Below are positions 10,927 through 21,188 of a DNA stretch of 64,000 nt, piece by piece. The number at the start of each line of letters is the position of its first letter. Within the stretch, counting starts at the first letter, position 1. Location: positions 1 through 64,000 of the forward strand of contig OZ219753.1 in NCBI GenBank assembly GCA_964291315.2. Direction: 5' to 3'. Source of the DNA: Candidatus Poribacteria bacterium (GTDB lineage: Bacteria; Poribacteria; WGA-4E; WGA-3G). The notes under the pieces are model-generated. The model saw only the letters and a program-made list of their open reading frames with translations. It was not told the origin of the DNA and did not search any database. The position numbers were made by a program, and so were the translations under genes.

Positions 10927-12684
10927 ATGGATTTGTTTCTAAAGAGGTTGTTAACCGTCAGCCAAGTAAGCATCGGCAAAGAGGACTTTGATCTATCAGA
11001 AACCTCTTCACCGAAAAGTGATAACCGAAAGTCGATAGCCTTGACTATTCTCTGCTGGCTGCTTCTTTCTACAAGTACCGTTGCACAAAAATTGCCGGCC
11101 CCTAGTAATATAAAATTCACCGACATCACGAGTGAAGCGGGCATCGACTTCATCCATAATACCGGTGCCTTCGGAAAGAAATATCTCCCCGAAACCATGG
11201 GATCCGGATGCGCATTTCTCGACTATAACACCGACGGTTGGCAGGACATTCTCCTCGTCAACGGAAAGGATTGGGAAGGCAAACCAACCCAAAAGCGGCA
11301 AACGATGGCACTCTACCGCAACAACAGAGATGGTACTTTCACAGATGTCACTGAATCCGCAGGACTCGCTGTTCCCCTCTACGGTATGGGGGCAGCTGTC
11401 GCCGATTACGACAACGACGGGGACCCAGATATCTATATCAGCACGCTTGAAACCGACCGTCTCTTCCAAAACCGCGGGCAGGGTGTCTTCGTTGATGCCA
11501 CGGAAAACGCCGGTATCCATAACCCCGGCTTTGGCACAAGTTGCGCATGGTTCGACTATAACAAGGACGGATACCTCGACCTCTACGTGGCAAACTATGT
11601 TGAATGGACTCTAGAAAACGATATATTCTGTACCCTCGACGGCACAAATAAGGCTTACTGCACCCCTGAGTCTTACACAGGGCAGTCCAGCAAGCTCTTT
11701 AGAAACCGCGGCGATGGCACTTTTCTTGATGTCTCCCGCAGTGCACAGATTGAGGACCCGACTAGTAAATCGCTCGGCGTTTGTATTTTCGACTACAACG
11801 CCGACGGCCTGCCTGATATCTTCGAGGCAAACGATACACAGCCCAATAAACTCTATCAGAATAACGGCGACGGCACTTTCATCGAAACCGGGATGCTCGC
11901 CGGGATCGCTTATAATGAAAACGGAGTCGCAACAGGCGCTATGGGAATCGATGCCGCAGACTACGACCGTACGGGCAGAGAGAGCCTCGTCATCGGAAAC
12001 TTCTCCAACGAAATGATCAACCTCTATCACAACGAAGGCGACTTCTTTATTGACGACGCACCCACCGCACACATCGGAAACGCTACCTTATTAACACTCA
12101 CCTTCGCTTGTTTCTTCTTCGACTTCGACCTTGACGGCAATCTTGATATCTTCACCGCTAACGGACACGTTGAAAATGACATTAACACCATCCAAAGCCA
12201 AGTGACCTACGCACAACTGCCGCATCTATTCCGTAATGATGGACACGGCAAATTCACGGATGCAATCCACACAGTCGGAACAGACCTCACAACACCGATG
12301 GTTGGCAGAGGTGCCGCCTATGGCGATATTGATAACGACGGCGACTGGGACCTGCTTGTCACAACCTCCAACGGCCCCGCTTATCTTTTCCGAAACGATG
12401 GGGGCAACCGCAACGCTTGGATAAAAATCCAACTCATCGGAAAAACAGGTAATCACGACGGCATCGGCGCGGAAATTCGTGTAACTTCCGCGCTCGGAAC
12501 ACAGACCCGAACCGTTAAGAGCGGCTCCAGCTATTGCTCACAAAGTGAACTTACCGCTATCTTCGGTATAAAGAATAATACCACTATTGAAACGATCCAA
12601 GTCGTCTGGCCCAGCGGTATCGTCAGCACACGCAGCAACATCGAACCCAACCAACACATCAAAATTGAAGAAGATGCACCCTAA
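10927..12684 (+). CDS. CRTAC1-family protein (FG-GAP repeats plus ASPIC/UnbV domain)
   Basis: Repeated DYxxDGxxD motifs, GRGAAYGDIDNDGDWD and GSSYCSQSE..FG...WPSG; GGAGG precedes the ATG at 10927. Confidence 0.9.
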   Translation: MDLFLKRLLTVSQVSIGKEDFDLSETSSPKSDNRKSIALTILCWLLLSTSTVAQKLPAPSNIKFTDITSEAGIDFIHNTGAFGKKYLPETMGSGCAFLDYNTDGWQDILLVNGKDWEGKPTQKRQTMALYRNNRDGTFTDVTESAGLAVPLYGMGAAVADYDNDGDPDIYISTLETDRLFQNRGQGVFVDATENAGIHNPGFGTSCAWFDYNKDGYLDLYVANYVEWTLENDIFCTLDGTNKAYCTPESYTGQSSKLFRNRGDGTFLDVSRSAQIEDPTSKSLGVCIFDYNADGLPDIFEANDTQPNKLYQNNGDGTFIETGMLAGIAYNENGVATGAMGIDAADYDRTGRESLVIGNFSNEMINLYHNEGDFFIDDAPTAHIGNATLLTLTFACFFFDFDLDGNLDIFTANGHVENDINTIQSQVTYAQLPHLFRNDGHGKFTDAIHTVGTDLTTPMVGRGAAYGDIDNDGDWDLLVTTSNGPAYLFRNDGGNRNAWIKIQLIGKTGNHDGIGAEIRVTSALGTQTRTVKSGSSYCSQSELTAIFGIKNNTTIETIQVVWPSGIVSTRSNIEPNQHIKIEEDAP

Positions 12685-12743
12685 AACTGCCTTTGACAGT
12701 GGTGAATTATTGGGAAACAGGAAGCCCTGCATGCGAATCGATT

Positions 12744-12772
12744 TTGACAATCCGCGCTTTTTCTGTTATACT
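12744..12772 (+). promoter_or_regulatory. sigma70-type promoter
   Basis: TTGACA-17 bp-TATACT with an extended -10 TG. Confidence 0.7.
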
Positions 12773-12841
12773 TTAACAATTTTCATGTAAGAAAGTGACA
12801 AACTATGAAACCATGCAACCCGTCACAAACGGAGGTACCAG

Positions 12842-13363
12842 ATGACAGATAAACAACCGAACCCCAAAGCCAAACGCAAATACCGAAAGTCTAAAAAAGT
12901 CGGATGGAACCCAGATCTCATGTTCTCACAACACTTCGCCTCGCCTGTACGTTTGGTTACCTATGACGGGATCCGCGACGTTTCCATCAAAAGGACACAT
13001 AAATATAGCATGATAGTCGTTGACCAATCAGGCAAGGAGGAGATGCTCAGTAAATTAAATATCATTTTCGCGTTTCCAAAGGAGAAAATGCCGGCAGTCA
13101 AAGAACACATCAAGATCCGAACCTCTGTCAAAACGCAGAAACTCGCTCCGATACACCCGAGATCCGAACGATACAGCGTGCCCAAAAAAGTGCTTCAACG
13201 CGCCGTGGCAGAAAAGCTACCGGTAACGATCGTGACACGCACAGGGCATGTGCTGAAAGGGTGGATTCAGTATTTTGACAAGTATGTTCTCTATAGCCGT
13301 ATCGGCAAAAAGATGGTCATCGTCTACCGACACGGATTGCTTGATTTTTCGATCGACACCTAA
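12842..13363 (+). CDS. Basic protein with Hfq/Sm-like domain(s), probably tandem
   Basis: C-terminal PVTIVTRTGHVLKGWIQYFDKY...IVYRHGL aligns by eye with the Hfq Sm1/Sm2 motifs; the N-terminal half has a similar beta pattern; RBS GGAGG. Confidence 0.7.
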   Translation: MTDKQPNPKAKRKYRKSKKVGWNPDLMFSQHFASPVRLVTYDGIRDVSIKRTHKYSMIVVDQSGKEEMLSKLNIIFAFPKEKMPAVKEHIKIRTSVKTQKLAPIHPRSERYSVPKKVLQRAVAEKLPVTIVTRTGHVLKGWIQYFDKYVLYSRIGKKMVIVYRHGLLDFSIDT

Positions 13364-13808
13364 ACTGCCCTGCCCCACTCGAAATGCAACGACAGCTGTC
13401 CGTTCGCTCCGGTTGAAAACGCCTGTCTAATTGCTCATGCTTCCGCTCTGACCTGGAACTTTTTCTAACGGATGCCCCAACTCAGCGATACTGTGAGCAT
13501 GGTGCTCTTCCGAGATGGTGTGGCCGAGGGTTACCGGCAAAGCAAACTGGAACATCGAACCCAACCAACACATCAAAATTGAAGAACATATATCAAGCTA
13601 CTTTTGCCGGTGGTGCATTATTGGAAAATGGGAAGCCCGGCATGCAAAAAACAGACTTTTGACAATTCGCGATTTGCGAATACTTGGTGTTCTACATCGC
13701 GCAATTTACTGACAAATTAATACAGATATCATTATAATTGTTGCCTTAAAACTCAAAATTCGCTATACTCTTAAAGCGAAAAAGTTATAAACTCGGAGAC
13801 CGAAACCC

Positions 13809-16800
13809 ATGAATTCGTCCAAACGCCCAAATCAAGATGCACTCTATCAAGCACTCAATATCTATCGCGACAACATGCGGCCCTTCATTCTCAGAAACCT
13901 CAAAACCGTGCAAGGTTCGTCGCTAGAAGACCGCTTTCAAAATGAAACAGATATAGACATCAACGATTTCCCACACCTCATTAGAAAATATTGGCATAAC
14001 GCCTTTGAACAACGATTTGACCCAGATCGGGATGTACGAGGCTCTATAGGCGTTATCGCTGAAGCCCGAAATAGAGTCGCCCACCCCGCAGCAAAAGACT
14101 GTGAGCTGGAATACGCTCTTTCAAGACTCTATGAGATCGCCGATATACTCGGACAAATCAATGCACCCGAACAGAAACAAGAAATTCTAGCCATCCGTGA
14201 CACATTATTCTCCAACGCGACACCCGCAGGAGAAGCCAAACCGAAGCTCCCACGTAGAAAAATAGCCGATCTCACACCCTGGCGGCGGGTGATACGCCCA
14301 AACACGGATGTCATTGAAGGTACTTTCCGAAAATCAGAATTTGCCGCAGATCTCCAAGAAGTTTTTGACGGAAAAGCGAAAACCCCAGAATACGGGGAAG
14401 CCGACATTTTTTTTAAACAGACATACATCACTCCGGGGCTCCACCAATTATTGGTGAACACCCTCAAGAGACTTGGCGGCAAAGATAGCGATCCAATTAT
14501 TCAGCTCAAAACAGGATTCGGAGGCGGGAAAACCCATAGCCTCATCGCGCTCTATCACCTTGTTACCCAGATTAACATGCTCAGAACACTGCCAGCAGAG
14601 GGGGAATACAATCAACTCCGAAAAGACCTAGACAGCATCCTCGCGGAAGCAGAATGGGAACAGAACACGGCCCACAAGCCGAAAGTCGCGGTACTCGTCG
14701 GCACCTACCTCTCTACAACTGACAGTGATGAAAACAGGCAAGGCGACCCGCTCAATACCCTCTGGGGCATGATGGCAGACCAGCTCGGAGGACAAGACGC
14801 ATATAACATCATCGGCCAAGCCGCAAGAGAAGGAATCGCACCAGGCGGAAAACAGCTCGACAGACTTTTTGAACACGTCGGGCCCTCTGTCATTTTAATG
14901 GACGAACTTGTCGCTTATGTACGTAATGTACAGGGAACAACGCAGCAAAGTATCTACACCTTCCTACAAGCCGTTACCGAATCTGTAAACAGGTCTAAAA
15001 ACGTTACCCTCGTCGCAACGTTACCAGAAGGAAACGTACAAGCAGGCGGCGAAGGCGGACTACGCGTACTCAATAACCTCGAAGCTATCCTGGAAAGAGT
15101 AGACTCTGTTTCTATCCCCTTGGAAGTAGATAACGCATTCGAGGTCGTACGCAGACGACTGTTCGGCAGCATCATCGACGAAACCGAACGAGACTTGACA
15201 TGTGACGCATTCCGAAGAATGTACCAAAAATCCAAAAACGAATATCCCAACAACGCCAGCGATCAAAAATACATGCAACGGATGAAGGACTGTTACCCAA
15301 TCCACCCCGAAATATTCGATAGACTTTTTGACGACTGGTCCGCCCTTCCCGGATTCCAGCGCACCCGCGGTGTACTCCGAATCATGGCAAGCTGCATTTC
15401 CCGTTTGTATCAAGAACAGGACCCCTCACTGCTCATAATGCCAGGAAACCTCACCCTTGACGACCCCGCACTCGCTGATGAATTCACCAGAATCCTCGCG
15501 AGAGCAGGAGCAAATTGGGAACCCGTCATAAAAGAGGTAGACAGTCACGGTTCCCGCACGGATCAAATCGACCAAAAAGCCCAACATTTCATTGAGGTAG
15601 GCGGAGCAGCCCGACGCATAGCACGCGCCATCTTCTTCGGCAGCGCACCCAGCGGCGCAGTCAGGGGAATCTCTCAACAGCAGATACACCTAGGTGTCGT
15701 TGAACCCGCACAAGGTGTCTCTGTTTATAACGATGCCCTCGGTAGAATGACCGGCGACCTCTACTTCCTCTATAACCTCGATGATAGATACTACTTCCAC
15801 ACCCAAGAAAACCTCAATAAAGTTGCACTAGATCGCGCAGAGGAGTATGCAGAAGACGCTATCTACGAAGAAATCGTCTCTCGCTTAGAAAGAACAATCA
15901 AAAGTAGGACAAACGTCAAAATATGCCCCAACACACCAGAACTTGTCAAAGACTCCCAAACGCTTCAGTATGTGATCCTCCATCCAAAGGACGCAATACC
16001 CAACGACAGGAAAAAGGAAAAAGACCTTGCACGCCAAACTGCTCTTAAAATCCTTACATACAGCACAGAAGGCGGAAGCCAACGCACCTTCAGAAACACC
16101 CTACTCTTCATCGCAGCACGACGAAACGAGATCCGAGATCTCAAAAATCTCACTAAAGATTTCCTCGCTTGGAATTCCATCCTCTCCGGGGACGACCTAC
16201 ACAGCAAAATAACCGATCTGGAAGGCACCAGACTCGAACAGACACGAGAAAATCTCGAAACCGCAGAAGACTCCGTAACCACAGCACTCTTCAACGCGTA
16301 CCGATGGGGACTCGCCCCCTCCCAAGCAGACCCGCGAAAAGATGACTACGACTTCTCCACCTTCACTGTAAAATCCACGGAAGGAAGAATTATCCAACGT
16401 TTCCACGAAAAATTTATCCAAGACGACGCAATCGTCACAAAAATAGCGCCTAACCTCTTCAACGAAAGACTGCAAGAATTCATCTGGAGCAGCGAGCAAT
16501 ACCGAGACCATATCGATATAGAAACCCTCTGGGAACTCATGGCACAAAACGTTTACATGCCACGTTTAAAAGATCAAAAAGTCTTGGCTGATTCTATCAG
16601 AAACGGAGTCACAGAAGGAACGTTTGGATACGCCAGAGCATATCGAGATGACGACTACCTCCAGTTCGTTTTTCAAGAACAGTGCAGCGGAATACGAATC
16701 GCACAGAACAGTACCGCCGTTCTCATAAATCCAGAGATGGCGAAGATGATTAAAGGCGAAACAGAAAAAGAAAAGAAACCCGCCGATACTGAAACAACGA

Positions 16801-17096
16801 TAGATACGGAGAATGGAACCGAAAATGACGCAACCGGCAATATGAAGGAAACTGAAAAGGGGCCTACGCGCGTCGTCGTTACAAAGGTATTGCAGTTAGA
16901 ACTCCCGTTCGACGAAAATATTAACATCCTTCAAGAGGAGATCGCCCAAAGCCTACAAGCCGACGGTGGAAGAGTGAAAATCGAAATCACTGTTACCGCA
17001 GAAAAATCAGACGGATTCTCAGAAAATACCACACGCGCTGTCGAGCTAAACAGCGAGCAACTCAACGCCGAATTCAAAATTGACACTGATCCTTAA
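13809..17096 (+). CDS. Swt1-like HEPN domain + DUF499 AAA+ ATPase
   Basis: HEPN motif RNRVAH; SEFAADL; Walker A TGFGGGKTH; Walker B LMDELVAY; YPIHPE; FQRTRGVLR. Confidence 0.88.
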   Translation: MNSSKRPNQDALYQALNIYRDNMRPFILRNLKTVQGSSLEDRFQNETDIDINDFPHLIRKYWHNAFEQRFDPDRDVRGSIGVIAEARNRVAHPAAKDCELEYALSRLYEIADILGQINAPEQKQEILAIRDTLFSNATPAGEAKPKLPRRKIADLTPWRRVIRPNTDVIEGTFRKSEFAADLQEVFDGKAKTPEYGEADIFFKQTYITPGLHQLLVNTLKRLGGKDSDPIIQLKTGFGGGKTHSLIALYHLVTQINMLRTLPAEGEYNQLRKDLDSILAEAEWEQNTAHKPKVAVLVGTYLSTTDSDENRQGDPLNTLWGMMADQLGGQDAYNIIGQAAREGIAPGGKQLDRLFEHVGPSVILMDELVAYVRNVQGTTQQSIYTFLQAVTESVNRSKNVTLVATLPEGNVQAGGEGGLRVLNNLEAILERVDSVSIPLEVDNAFEVVRRRLFGSIIDETERDLTCDAFRRMYQKSKNEYPNNASDQKYMQRMKDCYPIHPEIFDRLFDDWSALPGFQRTRGVLRIMASCISRLYQEQDPSLLIMPGNLTLDDPALADEFTRILARAGANWEPVIKEVDSHGSRTDQIDQKAQHFIEVGGAARRIARAIFFGSAPSGAVRGISQQQIHLGVVEPAQGVSVYNDALGRMTGDLYFLYNLDDRYYFHTQENLNKVALDRAEEYAEDAIYEEIVSRLERTIKSRTNVKICPNTPELVKDSQTLQYVILHPKDAIPNDRKKEKDLARQTALKILTYSTEGGSQRTFRNTLLFIAARRNEIRDLKNLTKDFLAWNSILSGDDLHSKITDLEGTRLEQTRENLETAEDSVTTALFNAYRWGLAPSQADPRKDDYDFSTFTVKSTEGRIIQRFHEKFIQDDAIVTKIAPNLFNERLQEFIWSSEQYRDHIDIETLWELMAQNVYMPRLKDQKVLADSIRNGVTEGTFGYARAYRDDDYLQFVFQEQCSGIRIAQNSTAVLINPEMAKMIKGETEKEKKPADTETTIDTENGTENDATGNMKETEKGPTRVVVTKVLQLELPFDENINILQEEIAQSLQADGGRVKIEITVTAEKSDGFSENTTRAVELNSEQLNAEFKIDTDP

Positions 17097-17114
17097 CCTC
17101 AAATAAAAAAAGAC

Positions 17115-17143
17115 TTGACATATCAAAAGTTTTGTGGTATAAT
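17115..17143 (+). promoter_or_regulatory. Consensus sigma70 promoter
   Basis: TTGACA-17 bp-TATAAT with an extended -10 TG. Confidence 0.8.
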
Positions 17144-17404
17144 AGCCCCTGTTTGGATGTTTTAGCATAGACTGTCAGTCTGTGCATTCGCAGCAGATCC
17201 TGCTAAAGTGTGAAAATGTTACACTTTTCGCTAAATCGCGTTTTTCCGAATGTTCACATTCAACGTATCAGAACCCACACGGGCCGTAGGGTTACATCAT
17301 ATCCGCATCCAACGCGCAATGTTACACTGGTGTAACGTTTTAAGGCCTTCACCCCCTGCCGGGCAGAGAGCGTCTTTTTTCTACTTTACTATAAGGAGAA
17401 CCGA

Positions 17405-18581
17405 ATGAACCGCCATCAAATCATCGGCATCGTCACCGGCGTTTGTGGTGTGATTTTAGCAATCACCGCCAGAAGCCAGGCTATTATCACCCTCATAATT
17501 TTTACTCTTGTTGCCTTATCCATCTTTTTTAAGGATAAACATCCCTTGCTCTCTCGAAGGCTCCTCCCGCCTTGGGCACTATATTGTCTCTGTGTTTTCA
17601 CTTTAGTTTCAGCCATTTTTGTGAGTTTCCACACACATGTAAAACACGCGCCACGTCCATTTTTGGGAAAAAACACACAGGGGGTTGATCCAAAAACACA
17701 AGACCCGCAAAACACGTTACCAGATGCTCAAAACGACATATCGCTGACACGTACACCCGTAAGAAAAAAAATCCTTGAGATAATGGCATCAGAAGACTTT
17801 ACGAAGCAGATAAAAGAAAGTGTTGATAACGACACAGAACCAAAACATCTTTCCTCATTTTCAAACTTCCTAAAATATCTGGAATCACAGGGGGTTTCTG
17901 GTTTGAAAAACTCTGGTCCCTTGTCTTACTACCAGAACATCTTTCAAAACACTTTCCTGGGAAAGTGCCTTCCGAATTAGATGTAGAGATGAAACAGCAA
18001 CTCCTCAGACTCATAGAGGAATGGGGTTACGAAAAGGGGACGAAAACGTTCTTAAAAGATTCAAAAAATGCCTTATGGCTTGCAGCTCGTTTCAATATCC
18101 TTCAGGATGATGGCAACTCAATAGGAAACTGGCAGGAGCAAATGCTGGCTGAAACATTTGGATCTGTGGCAGAAGTCTCCGCCCGTCAGATACCTTCGAT
18201 AGCCCCCGATTTTCATCCGGATCCGCCTCCATCAGATGCGGACAGCGTACCTGATGCAGGTATCCCCCCGTCTAGCCGCCCCGCTCTATTGAAGTGGCTT
18301 CACGGCAAGACGCGAAACACTCTTCTTCCCTTCATGATATTTATAGCGAGGAAGACTCAGAATTCATTGAAGAATTCTTTTCGGAAGTCTCCGATATCCC
18401 TAGCGCTGAAACATTTGAAACATGGCTAAACGAAGGCTTCACACCCGAAAGGATCAAAACGGCTCTGCAAACGCTAAAACGCTACGGTCCTGAAGAAGGA
18501 CTCCGTAGGCTAAAGGAATCGGATCCCGAGATAGCAACACCCGTTGAACGGCTCATCCATCCCAGAAAGGAAACAGACTAA
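17405..18581 (+). pseudogene. Frameshifted membrane-anchored hypothetical protein (three overlapping ORFs)
   Basis: ORFs 17405-17980, 17965-18429 and 18294-18581 read as one protein, with N-terminal TM helices and a C-terminal 'LKRYGPEEGLRRLKESDPE' segment. Confidence 0.6.
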
Positions 18582-18582
18582 C

Positions 18583-19150
18583 ATGAAAGATACACACGTT
18601 TTAGCTGCAGCCTGTGGTCTTGCCCTCATCGCCATTGTGGGCGTTTTCATCTCATCACCAGAAGGTGATGGGACAACTCCACCCAGAGAGGCAGTTCTGT
18701 CTGACGTGGCTGTGACAACACGAATACCTGCAAGGCAGCTTCGGGGATGACGAGGATCTCTCAAAAACGAAGGACGTTCGTATCGACGCAATGCAAGACA
18801 AACAGCTCCTTTTATCGCCGGGCAAAGTGCGTTCCTTGAGAGCAGAGGAATATGCGGATCGTAAGCAGTGCAAAGAGATGTCAGCGTGGGAGGGATGTCT
18901 CCGGATGATATGGCATCTCTCGGGCGTGGAGTTCAGCGGTGGTATTGCTGGATGTGCGACGGTTCCACGCTTGATGGGTGACTATGACAGTGTGAGACGT
19001 TAGGCTGTGGTGTTATACAGTCACTATGAGGAGCGAGGTAATACGAAGGCTGCGTCGCGCTACAACTACCTTGTGACGGAATGGACGTATATCTATCGAG
19101 CCATGGGCTCTCCTGAGCAGATAGAGGCAGACTTTAATTCAGGTGCGTAG
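18583..19150 (+). pseudogene. Decayed secreted, Cys-containing protein gene
   Basis: Signal-like start MKDTHVLAAACGLALIAIVG, followed by stops and frameshifts with Cys-rich fragments. Confidence 0.4.
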
Positions 19151-19185
19151 CATCGCCTGTTAGGTTGTCCCATAGTTTCCGCACC

Positions 19186-20265
19186 CTAACCTACTAGGTT
19201 TCCGCAATATGCACACGCTTGCAGCTCGACATCCCCACTAAATGTTTCAAGTTCTGGAACTAAGTAGGCTTCGTAACTCGTGACACAATTTATGTTTGTA
19301 CACCGGTATGTGGAAGTGCTGACTTCTCGTTGTGGTGGGCGTGTTAAAATGAGTTGTTCTAGTCCGACGAGACTAGCAATTAGTGCCATCCGAATTGGTA
19401 CAGCATTTGCCGATTGCTCGAAATAGGCAGCGCGCGGGTCATCATCTAACTCATAGGCGAGTTCATTGACCCGGGGAAGCGGATGCATAATCATCGCGTC
19501 AGGTTTAGCGTGTTTCATAACTTCGGCGTTCAGCAGATAGCTACCGCGCACAGCGGATACATCCATACTGGGAGGGAGTCGTTCCTCTTGAAGTCGATTG
19601 ACGTAGATGACATCTAACTGCTCAATCTCCGCTGTGATGTTTTCGACCTCAAGCGGTATCTGACCGTGGCGTTGTTGCAACTGGGCAAGCACCCATGCCG
19701 GCATCTGGAGCGGTTTCGGCGCGATATGAACTAGTTTACCACCAAACCGGGCGACTGCAAGCGCAAACGAATGTGCGGCCCTACCAAACTGCAAATCTCC
19801 GCAAATGCCGACGCTTAATCCTTCGACTTTTGACTTTCTCCGCATGATGGTATAGAGGTCGGTGAGAGCTTGTGTTGGATGCGTATGGCTCCCATCTCCG
19901 CCATTGATGACTGGGATATGTGCGTAATGTGCCATGAGGCGTGCCGCGCCTGCCCAGTGATGCCGCACCACAATGATGTCAGCATAACTCGTTACCATCC
20001 GCGCCGTATCGGCGAGGGTTTCCCCTTTGGCGGCAGAAGTCGCATTTGGATCAGCAAAGCCGAGGGTCCCGCCGTTGAGGCGTTCCATCGCGCTTTGAAA
20101 GGAGAGACGAGTCCGTGTGCTGGGTTCATAGAAGAGTGTTGCAAGCAGTTTGCCCCTACAGATTCCCGCCCAGGTTTCGGGCTGCGCCTGCATGCCTGAG
20201 GCGAGTCGAAAAATCTGTTGAATTTCAAGGTTCGACAAATCGTCGAGTGTTACCAGATGCCTCAT
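19186..20265 (-). CDS. pyrB: Aspartate carbamoyltransferase fused to a PyrI-like Zn-binding domain
   Basis: Motifs FYEPSTRT, KGETLADT, HPTQALTD and MHPLPR; C-terminal CTNINC...CAYCG. Confidence 0.93.
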   Translation of the reverse strand: MRHLVTLDDLSNLEIQQIFRLASGMQAQPETWAGICRGKLLATLFYEPSTRTRLSFQSAMERLNGGTLGFADPNATSAAKGETLADTARMVTSYADIIVVRHHWAGAARLMAHYAHIPVINGGDGSHTHPTQALTDLYTIMRRKSKVEGLSVGICGDLQFGRAAHSFALAVARFGGKLVHIAPKPLQMPAWVLAQLQQRHGQIPLEVENITAEIEQLDVIYVNRLQEERLPPSMDVSAVRGSYLLNAEVMKHAKPDAMIMHPLPRVNELAYELDDDPRAAYFEQSANAVPIRMALIASLVGLEQLILTRPPQREVSTSTYRCTNINCVTSYEAYLVPELETFSGDVELQACAYCGNLVG

Positions 20266-20294
20266 TCTTCGTCTCTAGGTTTGCTGCCGTATTT

Positions 20295-21136
20295 CTATCT
20301 ATGTGGGGCTTGCATGAAGGTTTCAAGGCTCTCAGATTGCGGGACTAGCAATTGCTTCAGGGTTTGCAGGTCGTCTATCGCTTCAAGTGTAGGTTTTAAA
20401 GCCTCAACTGCGTCGGTATTGAATTGCGTTCCCAGTAATGCGATGATGCTTTCAATAATGCCTCTTCTCTCGCCTTGCTCAATGCCTTGTTTGCGTGTTT
20501 CTTGAATATAGTGTTGGAAGAAAGAATATTCTTGCATGATGCAAAAGCTGTTGGATGAGCCGCGGATCGGGAATTAAGCCATCAAATACGCCCAATGCTG
20601 CCAATAACGTTGCATGCATCTGCCGATCCGTGCAAGTCGACGCTGTCGCATCCATACATCTTTCCAACCAACGTCCATGATTTACGCCCTCCGGGAGTGT
20701 CATCAGAGGCGTGAAAGGGAGTAAACCCGGCAATTGGGACTCCAAAATAGATGCCCCGCCTATCTCAATTAACCTGATGACTTTGTAACGCAATATATAT
20801 TCGTAGCCGGCGCCTTTGTAGACTTAGGAACCCCTATCATTCCTACCTGCTCTTGGGTGTAAATAAAGGACATTGGAATAGACAGGTAGCTATATAAATT
20901 TGTGAGAAAACCGTTGTATCCCGCTATACGGTAGCACATAGGTCTCCTGCTGTTATCTGTTTGCACCTCTGTATGAAGAACCACTGTCTCGTTGTTGATC
21001 CGGACCTTCAAAGTGCTATCACTCCGGTGGGTTTTGAGTGTAAGTTCTTCAATTTCGAGTCTTTCCAGAATTCTGCGAATTCTTGCGAGTATTCGAGCAT
21101 GATATATTTCGCCGCGTTGTCATAGGACTGTGCTAT
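20295..21136 (-). pseudogene. Rpn/YhgA-like (PD-(D/E)xK) pseudogene
   Basis: Collinear paralog of 24316-25224; start codon ATG changed to ATA, with deletions and frameshifts. Confidence 0.88.
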
Positions 21137-21188
21137 ATTGTTATTATATACCGGACAGTCAGGAAATACCAATAATTTTTACCGATAA

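Larger units (their letters stand above)
12601..13671 (+). repeat. Diverged direct repeat (about 12601-12756 and 13515-13671) of the CRTAC1 3' end plus downstream -35 region
   Basis: AACATCGAACCCAACCAACACATCAAAATTGAAGAA is identical at 12637 and 13551; similarity continues to TTTTGACAAT.CGCG. Confidence 0.85.

Noticed and set aside
18702-18716. TGA-CGT-GGC-TGT as a selenocysteine UxxC motif (selA is present)
   Set aside because: It is out of frame with the upstream start, lies in a decayed region, and has no convincing SECIS.
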